This document shows positions 15,844-25,871 of a stretch of 64,000 nt of DNA, one piece after another. Under the pieces are notes generated by a model, which had not been told where the DNA came from, searched no databases, and saw only the letters and a program-made list of their open reading frames with translations. Origin of the DNA: Eubacteriales bacterium (GTDB lineage Bacteria; Bacillota; Clostridia; Lachnospirales; WRAX01); assembly GCA_031550435.1 (NCBI GenBank), contig JAVBOO010000022.1:5418-69417 (forward strand), read 5' to 3'. The position numbers and the translations under genes were made by a program. The stretch's first letter is position 1. Each line of letters opens with the position of its first letter.

Positions 15844-16599
15844 TTACAACCCCGTTCTCCCTAAAAAGTTTACGAGATGTGGAAGTATAAACACCTCTAT
15901 CATGCCGGCCAGAGCTACGCAGGCAGCCCCGATTATCAGTACAACGGTATACTCAGAAATACTCAAGGCGCTTATTTGAGAAAAATGTGATTTTATACCG
16001 GCAAACAGGCCTTTGCCTGTTTTGTGTACGGCTTTCGCGGGAAGAAGCTTGCCTATGGCAAACGAAAACCCCGATACGGTTATGAAAATATATGTCGGCA
16101 CCAATATAATATTTTGCAGAAGAAACAAAAGTATCGCGTTGTAGATTCCCGATGCTCCGAACAGCCTGACAAAAAATGTCGCGGTGAACCCAAGCGTCAT
16201 ACCTTTTACAAATAACAGCGGCAGGGTTAAAAAAATCGCCTGCGGTATAAAAGCGATAATCCAAAGCACAGCCGCAGTTTTGCCGTATTTCATAAAACAC
16301 TCGAAAAACAGCTCCCCTCCGGAACCGGAAAAAGCTGTGTTTCCGCTGAAGTACATAGTTATATAATCCGACAAAGGGCCGAATTTTTCCTGCGTCAGGC
16401 CAAGAGCGTAAACAACGCCGCAAATCGCGCCCATAAGCATGGTTATCGCCGCAATGGCCGTTAAATGCGCCTTTGGACTTCTTTTTCTATCTGAATGCGA
16501 CAAATAAGTTCCGATGGCCGAACCCCTCCCATATAATGCTTCGGCAATAAAATACAACGGAGGCCGCTGTTTTTTGCTGCGGCCGGGCTTGTCTTTCAC
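15844..16599 (-). CDS. spoIIM: Stage II sporulation protein M-like membrane protein
   Basis: Matches B. subtilis SpoIIM blocks by eye: LFVKGMTLGFTATFFV vs LFLKGVVVGFTVGFLV, and LLQNIILVPTYIF vs LPQNILVIPAYLI. The GTG start has no clear SD, so the N-terminus is uncertain. Confidence 0.7.
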   Translation of the reverse strand: MKDKPGRSKKQRPPLYFIAEALYGRGSAIGTYLSHSDRKRSPKAHLTAIAAITMLMGAICGVVYALGLTQEKFGPLSDYITMYFSGNTAFSGSGGELFFECFMKYGKTAAVLWIIAFIPQAIFLTLPLLFVKGMTLGFTATFFVRLFGASGIYNAILLFLLQNIILVPTYIFITVSGFSFAIGKLLPAKAVHKTGKGLFAGIKSHFSQISALSISEYTVVLIIGAACVALAGMIEVFILPHLVNFLGRTGL

Positions 16600-16630
16600 T
16601 CAGATATTCTATGAAATAAAACAATAATAT

Positions 16631-16755
16631 ATTACTGTTGTTGAGGCGACAATTAAACCATTTACTAAACTTGTTTCCTCAATCCACCCCATGCCCGCAG
16701 AGCCGGTATAAGTCGGTAATCAAACCGTTTGCGGTTTAATCGAGTATGCCGGCAA
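16631..16755 (+). repeat. Module D element
   Basis: ATTACTGTTG-TTGAGGCGACAATTAAACC...CCGGTATAAGTCGGTAATCAAACCGTTTGCGGTTTAATC...TATGCCGG. Confidence 0.8.
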
Positions 16756-16800
16756 AAATACAGCAAAGTGAATAAGCAAGTCGGACGCGGGTTTGCTTGC

Positions 16801-19308
16801 TCAGCCCTGCCTGAAAAACTGCTCCAGCAGGTAACGCTTATTTTTTCCGTTGCCTTCGATATTCAGCTTCTGAAATATCTGCGTCAGATGAAATTTTACC
16901 GTTCTTTCGGATATATTTAAATCGGCGGCAATTTCCACGTTTGATTTTCTGTTTGCGGCAAGCATTGCGATCTCATGTTCCCTGTCGCTCAAATCCAGTT
17001 TTTGCGTAACAGCCAAATAGCTGTGTACAACCCTAGTCATGTAGTCTCTTATATGCGTTATCGCTTTCAGTATTATGTCAATCTCGCTTGCAAATCGGTA
17101 TTCCTTTATTTTGATAAGATTGTTTACGATATTGCGCCAGTTTTCCGCAAAAGGGAGAAGTATTTCGTCCGGTACGGCCAATTCTAGCGCCCTCTCCAGA
17201 TAGTGCACGGATTTTTCCTGCATGCTTAAGCTGTTGTATGCGGAAGACAGCTGAATGTAGAATAAAATCATGCAGTAGACATTGTTACTTTTTTCGATCA
17301 TGGCCTCGAGTTCTTCTTTTCTCGCTATAAGCTCGGCAAATTCCCCCCTGCAAATAAGAACTTGATTGTGGGTAATATATACCGTAGGAAGCGCAAGATG
17401 CAAAAGGCTTGTGTTTTTCAAGTCACCGGCGGCTATCCATGCCGGAAGCTCCTTGTCTCTCTTAAGCAGACCGTCTACCCATGCACTGCACAGGTCCAAG
17501 GTATAAAGCAGCGTATACCTCCCGTTGTCCGCGAGCCGTTTTTTCAGGCGGATAAACAGATCAAAAGCCTCCTCGAACTTTCCGTTCCAAAGCTTGATTC
17601 TGAAAAGTATAAATGTCGCGTTAGTATACACGCTGAACTGACGCTTCTCTTCCGAGCATCTTAATGCCTTGTGAACCAATATGGCAGCATCGGCAAACTG
17701 TAGTCTGTTTAACATCCATTCGGCTTCAAAAAGATATTCGGCCCCGTAACCGTGAAAGTTTGTCAAACTGTAGTAAGTCGGAAGCAGCTCGTAAAGCTTT
17801 TTAACGGATTCAGCCAATTTCCCGCTTTCCCTGTGATAAAGCGTCAGCAAAGACGGCGAACCGAAGGTCCACTCAAAATTGCGCTCATAGTAATCGCCCG
17901 GGTCGTTGCGCAGTTCGAAAGCTTTTTTATATTTTTCACCCATAGCGTCAAGGTCGTTATAATACAGTGTGCTAGTACACAGCTCGTAACCGCACATGAG
18001 ATAGCGCCTTTGCCCTTCGCTCATATCCGTGCTAACACTGAGCGACTTGACAAACATAGCGTTCATTTCGGCCGAGCTCTCAAGCTCTCCGAAAACAAAG
18101 TATCTGCACATCAAAATCAGCAGACTTTGAGGGTGTGCGAGCAGCTTTTCCTCGGGGCAGTTCTCAAGCCAACGTTTTAACTCGTCCTTGCATTTGTAAT
18201 TTATTTGCCGCCCTCTGTCGTCGGCAATGGTCTTAAGCATTTTGTCGTAATCCTTTGCGAGCCTGAACTGCTTGAGCGCTTCCGGAATATTGCTCTCGCT
18301 GATAAACAAATCGCCGTAGCGCGAGTGAAGACCCAAAAGCTCCGTCTCGGGAAGACAGGCCGCAACCTTTAGTATGTAGGTATGCAAAAGGTTATGCAGC
18401 CTGTATGTATCCGTGCCGCTTTGATATGATATAAACGCATTGCTCGAACAAAGCTCGTCCAAAATCCTAAGAGCTTCTTCGCTGCCCCACATGAAAACAG
18501 CCTGTTTCCCGGTAAATTCTTCCATCACGGAAAGAGTTATTAAAAACCTCTTACTTTTTTCGGAAAGAGGTTTGTAAAGTACGTTCTCAATAATGTTAAA
18601 AATACCGGCGTTTGATACGAGAAAGCATCCGTTTTCGGCATAATACTTCAAATTAAGGTAAGACAGCGCCATCCATCCCTCTGTGCTTACGTGCAAAGCA
18701 TCAAGCTCGGCATCGCTCAGCGTGATTCCGCATTTGAGCCAGTATGCCCTTGTTTCTTCTTTTTTCAGCTCAAGATATATCTTGCCGATCTCGTTTAGCT
18801 TTATGCCTGAAAGCAGCAAATCCTCTTGCTTAAAAATACGGTTTCTTGACACGAGTATAAAATGCACCTGATGTGTAAGGCTTTTGACAAGCAAAAGTAT
18901 CAGATTGGCAACTTCAGAGCCGTTAAGCAAATGCAAATCGTCGATTATCAGGTATACTTCCGCTCTGGTCCGGAGCAGCTCGTCTATAATCATTTCCGAA
19001 AAAAGCCGCCTCAAAGGCATAGTTTCGGGAAAGCCTATAGACTTCATTTTAGACGAAAGCTCTCCGTAAGGGCGCATGGTATTGCAAAGGCCATTCCAAA
19101 AATCATTGAGACTGTCGGAGATAACAGTATAGCGCAGAACAAACGATACCTTTTCTCGCTTGGATAGAAAATCCGTAACAGTCGTCGTTTTGCCGTAGCC
19201 CATCGGGGCCACAACCGTTGTGATAGGATATTTGGGGATTTCATTCAGCTTCGTCAAAAGCCTTGGAGATGTATACACTGCATCGAGCCTATACCCCGAA
19301 ATCGTCAA
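16801..19308 (-). CDS. MalT/LuxR-type large ATP-binding transcriptional regulator
   Basis: 835 aa. N-terminal P-loop (VVAPMGYGKTTT), a long helical/TPR-like middle, and a C-terminal LuxR HTH (LSDREHEIAMLAANRKSNVEIAADLNISERTVKFHLTQIFQKL). TTG start with GGGGTG upstream. Confidence 0.8.
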   Translation of the reverse strand: MTISGYRLDAVYTSPRLLTKLNEIPKYPITTVVAPMGYGKTTTVTDFLSKREKVSFVLRYTVISDSLNDFWNGLCNTMRPYGELSSKMKSIGFPETMPLRRLFSEMIIDELLRTRAEVYLIIDDLHLLNGSEVANLILLLVKSLTHQVHFILVSRNRIFKQEDLLLSGIKLNEIGKIYLELKKEETRAYWLKCGITLSDAELDALHVSTEGWMALSYLNLKYYAENGCFLVSNAGIFNIIENVLYKPLSEKSKRFLITLSVMEEFTGKQAVFMWGSEEALRILDELCSSNAFISYQSGTDTYRLHNLLHTYILKVAACLPETELLGLHSRYGDLFISESNIPEALKQFRLAKDYDKMLKTIADDRGRQINYKCKDELKRWLENCPEEKLLAHPQSLLILMCRYFVFGELESSAEMNAMFVKSLSVSTDMSEGQRRYLMCGYELCTSTLYYNDLDAMGEKYKKAFELRNDPGDYYERNFEWTFGSPSLLTLYHRESGKLAESVKKLYELLPTYYSLTNFHGYGAEYLFEAEWMLNRLQFADAAILVHKALRCSEEKRQFSVYTNATFILFRIKLWNGKFEEAFDLFIRLKKRLADNGRYTLLYTLDLCSAWVDGLLKRDKELPAWIAAGDLKNTSLLHLALPTVYITHNQVLICRGEFAELIARKEELEAMIEKSNNVYCMILFYIQLSSAYNSLSMQEKSVHYLERALELAVPDEILLPFAENWRNIVNNLIKIKEYRFASEIDIILKAITHIRDYMTRVVHSYLAVTQKLDLSDREHEIAMLAANRKSNVEIAADLNISERTVKFHLTQIFQKLNIEGNGKNKRYLLEQFFRQG

Positions 19309-19329
19309 ATTAACACCCCGTTTTATTAT

Positions 19330-19487
19330 ATTACCGCAGAAGTTAAATACCGCAAAAAGTACTTACGCGGAACTAGGCCGAGCAGACGCGCTAATGTGCG
19401 CCGCAGCGCTCCGATGAGGCGCATCTGCGTCTAAGCGAGGGAACAACAAAATACAGCGTGTTTGCTATATCTTGTTGCCGAAGTAAT
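19330..19487 (+). repeat. Complete A-C-B mosaic element (158 bp)
   Basis: ATTACCGCAGAAGTTAAATACCGC...ACTTACGCGG (A), a variable GC-rich hairpin (C), then CAACAAAATACAGC/GCTATATCTTGTTG (B) ending GCCGAAGTAAT. Confidence 0.9.
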
Positions 19488-19514
19488 AACAGCGGCATAT
19501 CAGAAGCTTCCGCT

Positions 19515-20906
19515 TTAAAGCTCGTTCAGATACATTTCCCCTAGCCTGTATATATCACCCGCGCCGACTGTTATTATAGCATCGCCGATCATAACGTTTT
19601 TCCTCAGATATTCGATACAGTCTTGAAAGCTTGGCGAATAAATAACGTCATAGCCGCGTTTTTCGCACTCTTTAACTAAATCCAACGCATGTATTTTTGT
19701 GTTTTCCTCTTCCCTGCCCGCCGGCGAATAAATGTCCAATATCACGGTCTTGTCGGCTTCTTTAAAGCTTTCGGCAAACTCGGTCAAAAGCGACTTTGTC
19801 CTCGAATGAGTATGCGGCTGGAACAAAATCCATTTTGCGCCCGTTAAAACCTTTGCGGCTGCGGCTACAGCGGCTTTGATTTCTGTCGGATGGTGCGCGT
19901 AGTCATCATAAACGCTGACTCCGTTTATCTCGCCTTTGTACTCAAACCGGCGTTTGACACCCGTGAAAGCTTCGAGGGCTTTTGCCGCAGTTTCCGGGTC
20001 TATGCCACACAAGTGCGCCGAGGCAAAGGCCGCAAGCGAGTTCAAAACGTTATGCTCTCCGGGCGCGGCAAGCTTAATCGTAGCAAGCTTCACCCCGTTT
20101 TGCACAGCATCGAACCGGGCGGCTCCCCCCTCGGTATACTCAATATTTTCGGCTGTATAGTCGGCGTTTGTCTTTCCGAACGTTACTGTACCGCATTTTA
20201 GCCCGGCAGTGATTTCTTCTATATTTTCGATTGCGGATGATATCAGAAGATACCCTCTGTCAAATATGTTTTCGGCAAATTTTCGGAACGACATCCTTAT
20301 TCCCCGAATATCTTTAAAATAGTCGAGATGATCGGCATCGATGTTAAGTATTACTCCTATATAAGGCCTAAAACTTAAAAAACTGTCACAGTACTCGCAG
20401 GACTCAACGATGAAATGCTCGCCTTCTCCTTCGGCATATGTTTTACCCAAGGATTTTACGGTACCGCCTACCAGAACGGACGGGCTGACTCCCGCGGCTA
20501 AAAACACTTCAGCCGTCATTGATGTGGTCGTTGTTTTGCCGTGCGTTCCCGCTATACAGACCGGATAGCTGAAATTCTCGAGCATTTCGCCGAGAAGATC
20601 CGCCCTCGTCAAAACATTCAGCTTCCGGGTTTGAGCGGCAATAAGCTCGGAATTATCGCTCTTTACCGCCGCGGTGTATACAACCGTATCCGTATCGGCA
20701 GAAATGTTATCGGGACTGTGCCTCCCTGTTTTGACAAGCGCACCCTTTGCGCAAAGAACTTCTGTAACCTCGCTTGCCCGCTCGTCGGAACCTTCCACCC
20801 TGTAGCCGGCATCGAGAAGCATTTCTGCCATGCCGGACATATGGACTCCGCCTATACCGATAAAATGGAAATTTTTATATGGTTTTTTGAATTTAATGTC
20901 ATGCAT
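19515..20906 (-). CDS. murC: UDP-N-acetylmuramate--L-alanine ligase
   Basis: FHFIGIGGVHMSGMAEML, GTHGKTTTTSM and the rest of the Mur ligase layout. ATG 20906 is preferred over the ORF-track start at 20948. Confidence 0.9.
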   Translation of the reverse strand: MHDIKFKKPYKNFHFIGIGGVHMSGMAEMLLDAGYRVEGSDERASEVTEVLCAKGALVKTGRHSPDNISADTDTVVYTAAVKSDNSELIAAQTRKLNVLTRADLLGEMLENFSYPVCIAGTHGKTTTTSMTAEVFLAAGVSPSVLVGGTVKSLGKTYAEGEGEHFIVESCEYCDSFLSFRPYIGVILNIDADHLDYFKDIRGIRMSFRKFAENIFDRGYLLISSAIENIEEITAGLKCGTVTFGKTNADYTAENIEYTEGGAARFDAVQNGVKLATIKLAAPGEHNVLNSLAAFASAHLCGIDPETAAKALEAFTGVKRRFEYKGEINGVSVYDDYAHHPTEIKAAVAAAAKVLTGAKWILFQPHTHSRTKSLLTEFAESFKEADKTVILDIYSPAGREEENTKIHALDLVKECEKRGYDVIYSPSFQDCIEYLRKNVMIGDAIITVGAGDIYRLGEMYLNEL

Positions 20907-21147
20907 CTCTCCACGTTCCTTTACAATTATATTACTATTATATTTCATTATCGGTCAATTTATTGACAACGAATCGGGCTTTATATATCATATAATCAGA
21001 TAAGTGTCTGCATCGTGGCACTGTATACTTAAAACACGTAACTTGATGGTGTCTCTCGGTTCAAGCAAGCGCGTAAGTATTTTATGCGATAATTTACACT
21101 TTTATCCAGTTTATACCATCATATAACTTTTGTAAAGGAGGCAGCCC

Positions 21148-22236
21148 GTGAAAGCCAAAAAAATGTCACCGATAGGAAAAGCAGTTATAACAGCGGTACT
21201 TTGTGCGGTATTTACGGCCGGATCGTGCTTAACCGGCGTATTTGCCTCAGAAATCAAGAATTATAAAATATACGAAATACCGGAATCTCAAGACACAAAA
21301 GAAGCAAGAGAAACCTCCGAAATAAAAGCGTTTGCCGAGCTTAAGGAAAACCAATCGGGCTACTATGTATACGGCAAGCCTTTGGACGGGAAAAAAGGCG
21401 TAACATCGGTAAGAGGGGAGCTTCCGCAGTTTCGCAATCTTCCCGATGAAGACCAATGCGCCTCGCTTAACGAAAAAATCAACCGCGTCTACATTGCCGC
21501 GCTCGACAGCCTTTCAAGCGACATAAGATATATCGAGTTCGGCTACAAAACCACTTCCGGAAACGGGTTCATGACTGTAGTTCTTCAGTATTCCAAGTAC
21601 TCGGGCTTGCTCGAAAGAACGGTTGACACGTTTACACTGAGGTTTGAGGACTTCAAAGAGGTCAACATTTCGGACGTGCTCGGGCCGAATGCCGTAAAAA
21701 TAATCAACAAACTCATAACCCAGGACGCGAAACGCAACCCTTCCAAATACAATTCTTCAATCGCTCCCATTACAGACGAACACGACTTTTACATCGAAGA
21801 CGGTGTTTTTAGCGTCATATTCGACGAGTACGAGCTGACTCCCAAAAGAGCAGAGCTTTTCGAGTTAACTCTTGCGCTTACGGACTATATCAATTTGTAT
21901 ATATCAAAAGATGAATATTTTTCCGCAACAAGCAACAAGATAAAGATGATTCAGGCAAAGCAGGTTGCAGACGCGTTTGACTATTCTCTTGTCTGGAATG
22001 CTCAAAAGCAGACAACTAAATTCATTAGAGACGAAAAAGAAGCCGCTTCTGCCGCAATCGGAATTAACGCTTACAGCGGGAGGGATTTTAAGTCAAAAAA
22101 GCTTGAAACCTTTCCACAGCTCAGAGACGGCAGAACATATCTTCCGATAACCTTTTACGAAGAATTTCTGAATCTGGTCTATACGGTTGACTCCGAAGGA
22201 AGAATATGTTTTTCCGAATATATTGACCGAAAGTAA
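21148..22236 (+). CDS. Secreted protein with a C-terminal copper-amine-oxidase-N-like (stalk) domain
   Basis: GTG start with AGGAGG. Signal peptide (AVITAVLCAVFTAGSCLTGVFA). C-terminal IQAKQVADAFDYSLVWN...GRTYLPITF pattern. The middle region may be DUF3298-like, at low certainty. Confidence 0.6.
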   Translation: MKAKKMSPIGKAVITAVLCAVFTAGSCLTGVFASEIKNYKIYEIPESQDTKEARETSEIKAFAELKENQSGYYVYGKPLDGKKGVTSVRGELPQFRNLPDEDQCASLNEKINRVYIAALDSLSSDIRYIEFGYKTTSGNGFMTVVLQYSKYSGLLERTVDTFTLRFEDFKEVNISDVLGPNAVKIINKLITQDAKRNPSKYNSSIAPITDEHDFYIEDGVFSVIFDEYELTPKRAELFELTLALTDYINLYISKDEYFSATSNKIKMIQAKQVADAFDYSLVWNAQKQTTKFIRDEKEAASAAIGINAYSGRDFKSKKLETFPQLRDGRTYLPITFYEEFLNLVYTVDSEGRICFSEYIDRK

Positions 22237-22242
22237 CGGATG

Positions 22243-22274
22243 GGGCTGCCGAAACTCGGCAGCCCTTTGATTTT
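22243..22274 (+). terminator. Intrinsic terminator
   Basis: GGGCTGCCG-aaact-CGGCAGCCC followed by TTTGATTTT. Confidence 0.8.
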
Positions 22275-22310
22275 GTGAAAAAGTCGTGTCAAAGCGTTAA
22301 AACGAAAGGT

Positions 22311-23090
22311 TTATCGTCCCAGCGGCATTTGCTTTCTAATGCTTTCGTTAAGCGCCGCATCGATATAAACCATATCCGTCACAAAACCTGTGCCCGCATC
22401 GTATATTACTCTGCCCCAAGGGTCGCATACCATACTGTGAGCATATGAAACATAGCTTGCGGTCAAATCTCTCGCACAGCCGACAGCTGCGGTATACACC
22501 TGAAAATCAACTGCCCTCGCCCGCAGCAAAAGCTCCCAGTGGTCAGGGCCTGTAGACATGTTAAACGACGCGGGGATTATGACTGCGAAAACGCCTTTTT
22601 GGGCGGCCTCGGCGATCATCTCGGGAAAACGCAGGTCAAAGCATATAATCAGCCCTATTTTTCCGAAAACAGTGTCAAAAACAGTTACGCCCTCGCCCGG
22701 GCTTAGCACGTCAGACTCCTTGAAGCGCTGACCCCCGGCTATGTCTATATCGAAAAGATGAACCTTTCTGTGTTTGGCTATTGTGCTGCCCTCCGGGGAG
22801 TAAACATATGCCGTATTGTAGATTCTTTGTCCGCATTTTTCCGGTATGGAGCCCGCAACAACATAAAGCCCGTTTTTTGCCGCCGCTTCCGATATCGCTG
22901 TCTGGGCTTCGCCGCCCACCTCCTCGCCGTAATCGTTAAAGCAGGCCGTGGAATACGGACAGCAAAACATTTCGGGGAGCACGGCAATCTGCGCTCCCGA
23001 CTTTGCCGCCTTCTCTATTTCTAAGCAGGCAGTTTTAATGTTTTCAATCTTACAAGCGCCAACCGGCATTTGGATAATACCCAGTTTCAT
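22311..23090 (-). CDS. Carbon-nitrogen hydrolase (nitrilase superfamily, omega-amidase-like)
   Basis: MKLGIIQMPV..., LPEMF (Glu), an HRKVHLF (Lys) block and ICFDLRFPE (Cys). ATG 23090 has GGGGTG upstream. Confidence 0.85.
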   Translation of the reverse strand: MKLGIIQMPVGACKIENIKTACLEIEKAAKSGAQIAVLPEMFCCPYSTACFNDYGEEVGGEAQTAISEAAAKNGLYVVAGSIPEKCGQRIYNTAYVYSPEGSTIAKHRKVHLFDIDIAGGQRFKESDVLSPGEGVTVFDTVFGKIGLIICFDLRFPEMIAEAAQKGVFAVIIPASFNMSTGPDHWELLLRARAVDFQVYTAAVGCARDLTASYVSYAHSMVCDPWGRVIYDAGTGFVTDMVYIDAALNESIRKQMPLGR

Positions 23091-23151
23091 CCCGCACACC
23101 CCATGACAATAAAAACCGCACCGCTTCCTTTCGGTTACACGGTACGGCTGT

Positions 23152-23216
23152 TAGTACTTCGGCTCGGCCCAAGTAACCGCGTAAGTATTTTGCGGGAATT
23201 TAACTTCCGCGGCAAT
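23152..23216 (-). repeat. Short derivative of the A-C-B element (terminus plus module A)
   Basis: AGTACTTCGGCTCGGCCCAAGTAACCGCGTAAGTATTTTGCGGGAATTTAACTTCCGCGGCAAT. Ends 3 bp from the rnfB stop. Confidence 0.85.
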
Positions 23217-23218
23217 AT

Positions 23219-24085
23219 TTACTTCGCGTCCTGTTCCTTCATGTCTTTTTGCATTTCTCTTTCTCGCTCTTTCGCAACGTTATCCGCACTTATAAGCTTT
23301 ATACAGTGCGTCGGGCATTTTCTTTCGCACTCGCCGCAGCGCACGCATTTGTCGTAGTCGATTTTGGCAAGATTGTTTGTAACATGTACGGCATCGTAAT
23401 TACAAGCTTTTTCGCACATTTTGCACGAAATGCAACCGACCTTGCAGTTAGCTCTGACGGTTTTGCCGTGGTCGAGCGAGTTACATCCCACGCGATAGTC
23501 CGCGGAATACGGAACAAGCTCGATAAGCTTTCTCGGGCACTTGGGAACACACATTCCGCATGCCGTACATTTTTCGGGGTCAACCTTTGCGATACCGTCA
23601 ATTAAAGACAGCGCGTCAAACCCGCAAGCCCGCACGCAGCTCCCGGAGCCGAGACAGCCGTAAGCACACTGCTTCGAGCCTCCGCCCGCGAGCATCGAAA
23701 CGGCTCGGCAATCCGCTATGCCGTAATAATCGTATCTAAATATCGCATCTGTAAAGTTTCCCGCACATTTAACATACGCAACATATTTTTCTTTCGCCTC
23801 GACCGCCACACCCATAACCGCGCCAACTGCCTGAGCGCATTTCGTTCCGCCGACCGGACAGCCGTTTACGGGAGCGCTGCCCGCGACAACGGCCTGAGCA
23901 AAGCCGTCGCAGCCGGGAAAGCCGCAGCCGCCGCAGTTCGCCCCGGGTAAACATGCTCTTACATCCCCGATCCTCGGGTCTTCTTCAACTTTAAATATCT
24001 TCCCCGCATAGCCGAGAGCAAGTCCGAAAACGAGTCCGAGTCCGCCTATGCTTGCGACCGGATACAGTATATCTGTCAGATTCAA
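23219..24085 (-). CDS. rnfB: Rnf complex subunit B (polyferredoxin)
   Basis: N-terminal TM helix, CGGCGFPGC, and several CxxCxxCxxxCP clusters. Last gene of rnfCDGEAB. Confidence 0.9.
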   Translation of the reverse strand: MNLTDILYPVASIGGLGLVFGLALGYAGKIFKVEEDPRIGDVRACLPGANCGGCGFPGCDGFAQAVVAGSAPVNGCPVGGTKCAQAVGAVMGVAVEAKEKYVAYVKCAGNFTDAIFRYDYYGIADCRAVSMLAGGGSKQCAYGCLGSGSCVRACGFDALSLIDGIAKVDPEKCTACGMCVPKCPRKLIELVPYSADYRVGCNSLDHGKTVRANCKVGCISCKMCEKACNYDAVHVTNNLAKIDYDKCVRCGECERKCPTHCIKLISADNVAKEREREMQKDMKEQDAK

Positions 24086-24103
24086 GCCAAAGACCTCCCC
24101 TCT

Positions 24104-24688
24104 TTATGATAATAAGCCGGCAAACCCGAAAAACGCTATACTCATAAGTCCTGCCGTGACAAGAGCAATCGGGAAGCCTTTGAAGCTTTCGGGTATGTTG
24201 CAGCGTTCCAGCCGTTCTCTGATACCCGCAAACAGCACTATTACTATTGTGAAGCCTATGGCAGCAAAAACTCCGTTAAACACCGATGTGATAAAATCGT
24301 AGCCCTCTGTTTTGTTTATAACGGTTACGCCCAGAACCGCGCAGTTTGTGGTTATAAGCGGTAAATATACTCCCAGAGCGCGGTACAGCGAAGGGCTGGA
24401 TTTTTTCATAAACATTTCAACAAACTGTACGAGCGCGGCTATAACAAGGATGAACGCAATATTGTACAAATACTCTTTGTCTAGAGGTACAAGTATAAAA
24501 TTATATACAGCGTATGCCGCGGCTGAAGCGAGCCCCATAACAAACGTTACAGCCACACCCATACCTGCGGCGGTTTCGATTTTCTTGGAAACGCCGAGGA
24601 AGGGGCAAATACCGAGGAAACGGGACATAACAAAGTTATTGATAAGCACCGCTCCGAGAGAAACACGGAATAGATTTTCCCAGTACAT
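24104..24688 (-). CDS. rnfA: Rnf complex subunit A
   Basis: [29 protein letters not shown]. Confidence 0.9.
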   Translation of the reverse strand: MYWENLFRVSLGAVLINNFVMSRFLGICPFLGVSKKIETAAGMGVAVTFVMGLASAAAYAVYNFILVPLDKEYLYNIAFILVIAALVQFVEMFMKKSSPSLYRALGVYLPLITTNCAVLGVTVINKTEGYDFITSVFNGVFAAIGFTIVIVLFAGIRERLERCNIPESFKGFPIALVTAGLMSIAFFGFAGLLS

Positions 24689-25305
24689 TATTCAGCCGCC
24701 TCCCCTCTGTTTTGTTTGTTTTTTATTCTTAGCCAATTGAGAAGAGCCATCAGGCAGCCAAGCGTTATAAACGCGCCGGGAGGAAGTATCGCCATTATGG
24801 TCTTCGGGAAGCTCTCGGGAAGCACCGTTAAGCCGAAAACGCTTCCGGAACCGATCAGCTCTCTGACAGTTCCGATAACAGTCAGTGCCGCCGTAAATCC
24901 CAGACCCATTCCTATACCGTCAAGAAGCGACGAGACGGGATTGTTTTTTGAGGCGAACGCTTCCGCCCTCGCGAGGATTATACAGTTGACGACTATAAGC
25001 GGGATAAACAGGCCCAGAGCGTCATACAACGATGTTACATATGCTTTGAGCAGGAATTCTATTACGGTTACAAAGCCCGCAATAACGACAACAAAAGCCG
25101 GTATACGAACCTTGTCCGGTATGAAATTTCTTATCATTGATATAACAATATTTGAGCAGGCAAGAACGGCAAGCGTCGAAAGTCCCATGCCTATGCCGTT
25201 TATCGCGCTTGTTGTTACCGCGAGTGTCGGGCACATTCCGATAACCTGAACGAACGTTGGGTTATCGTCAATGATACCGTTAATAAGAATCTTTAAAGGT
25301 TTCAT
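24688..25305 (-). CDS. rnfE: Rnf complex subunit E
   Basis: [30 protein letters not shown]. Confidence 0.9.
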   Translation of the reverse strand: MKPLKILINGIIDDNPTFVQVIGMCPTLAVTTSAINGIGMGLSTLAVLACSNIVISMIRNFIPDKVRIPAFVVVIAGFVTVIEFLLKAYVTSLYDALGLFIPLIVVNCIILARAEAFASKNNPVSSLLDGIGMGLGFTAALTVIGTVRELIGSGSVFGLTVLPESFPKTIMAILPPGAFITLGCLMALLNWLRIKNKQNRGEAAE

Positions 25306-25871
25306 TTCGCGCCTCCCTTCAAATGCGTCTCAAAAAAGGCGCTTGCGTTATTAACACCGTCGGTTACCGCCGCGGAAGTAATCGTAGCAGAGGTTATCGC
25401 GGCTATGTCGCTGTCTCCAGGTGTTCCTTTAACGACATTAAGCATGCCGCTCTTTTGCTTGTACTGATCGGTGAACTTGGGGTTTTGAGCGTTTGCGCCC
25501 AGACCGGGAGTCTCGCTGTGGCTGACTATTTTAACGCCTTTTATAACGCCGTCCCTGTCGTAGCCGATAAACATTTCGACAGCTCCGCCGTATCCGTTTT
25601 GAGATGCGGACACAACATATCCGTACAGCTCTGTGCCCTCATAAACTTCGATGTAAAAATTGATTCCGTCAACATCGCTGACCTCAATCTTGCTTTCGGC
25701 AAATGCCAAAGTTCTGTCCGACGGCATAACGTCTATCATCGCCGTTTTGTCCGATTTTTCTTTGTTGATACGTATCGGCTCTGCGGTAACGGAGCTGACG
25801 ACTCCGAGAGCAGCCGAGACTATGACCGTAATGATTAAAAGCACTATACCCGGTTTAATTATCTCGTTCAT
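25302..25871 (-). CDS. rnfG: Rnf complex subunit G (FMN-binding)
   Basis: N-terminal TM helix, ETPGLG, and the flavinylation-type motif SATITS. Confidence 0.88.
   Translation of the reverse strand: MNEIIKPGIVLLIITVIVSAALGVVSSVTAEPIRINKEKSDKTAMIDVMPSDRTLAFAESKIEVSDVDGINFYIEVYEGTELYGYVVSASQNGYGGAVEMFIGYDRDGVIKGVKIVSHSETPGLGANAQNPKFTDQYKQKSGMLNVVKGTPGDSDIAAITSATITSAAVTDGVNNASAFFETHLKGGAK

Noticed and set aside
16801-19308. STAND NTPase as an anti-phage (Avs-like) defence gene
   Set aside because: The C-terminus is a canonical LuxR HTH and there is no nuclease or other effector domain. The architecture is that of a MalT-type transcription activator.
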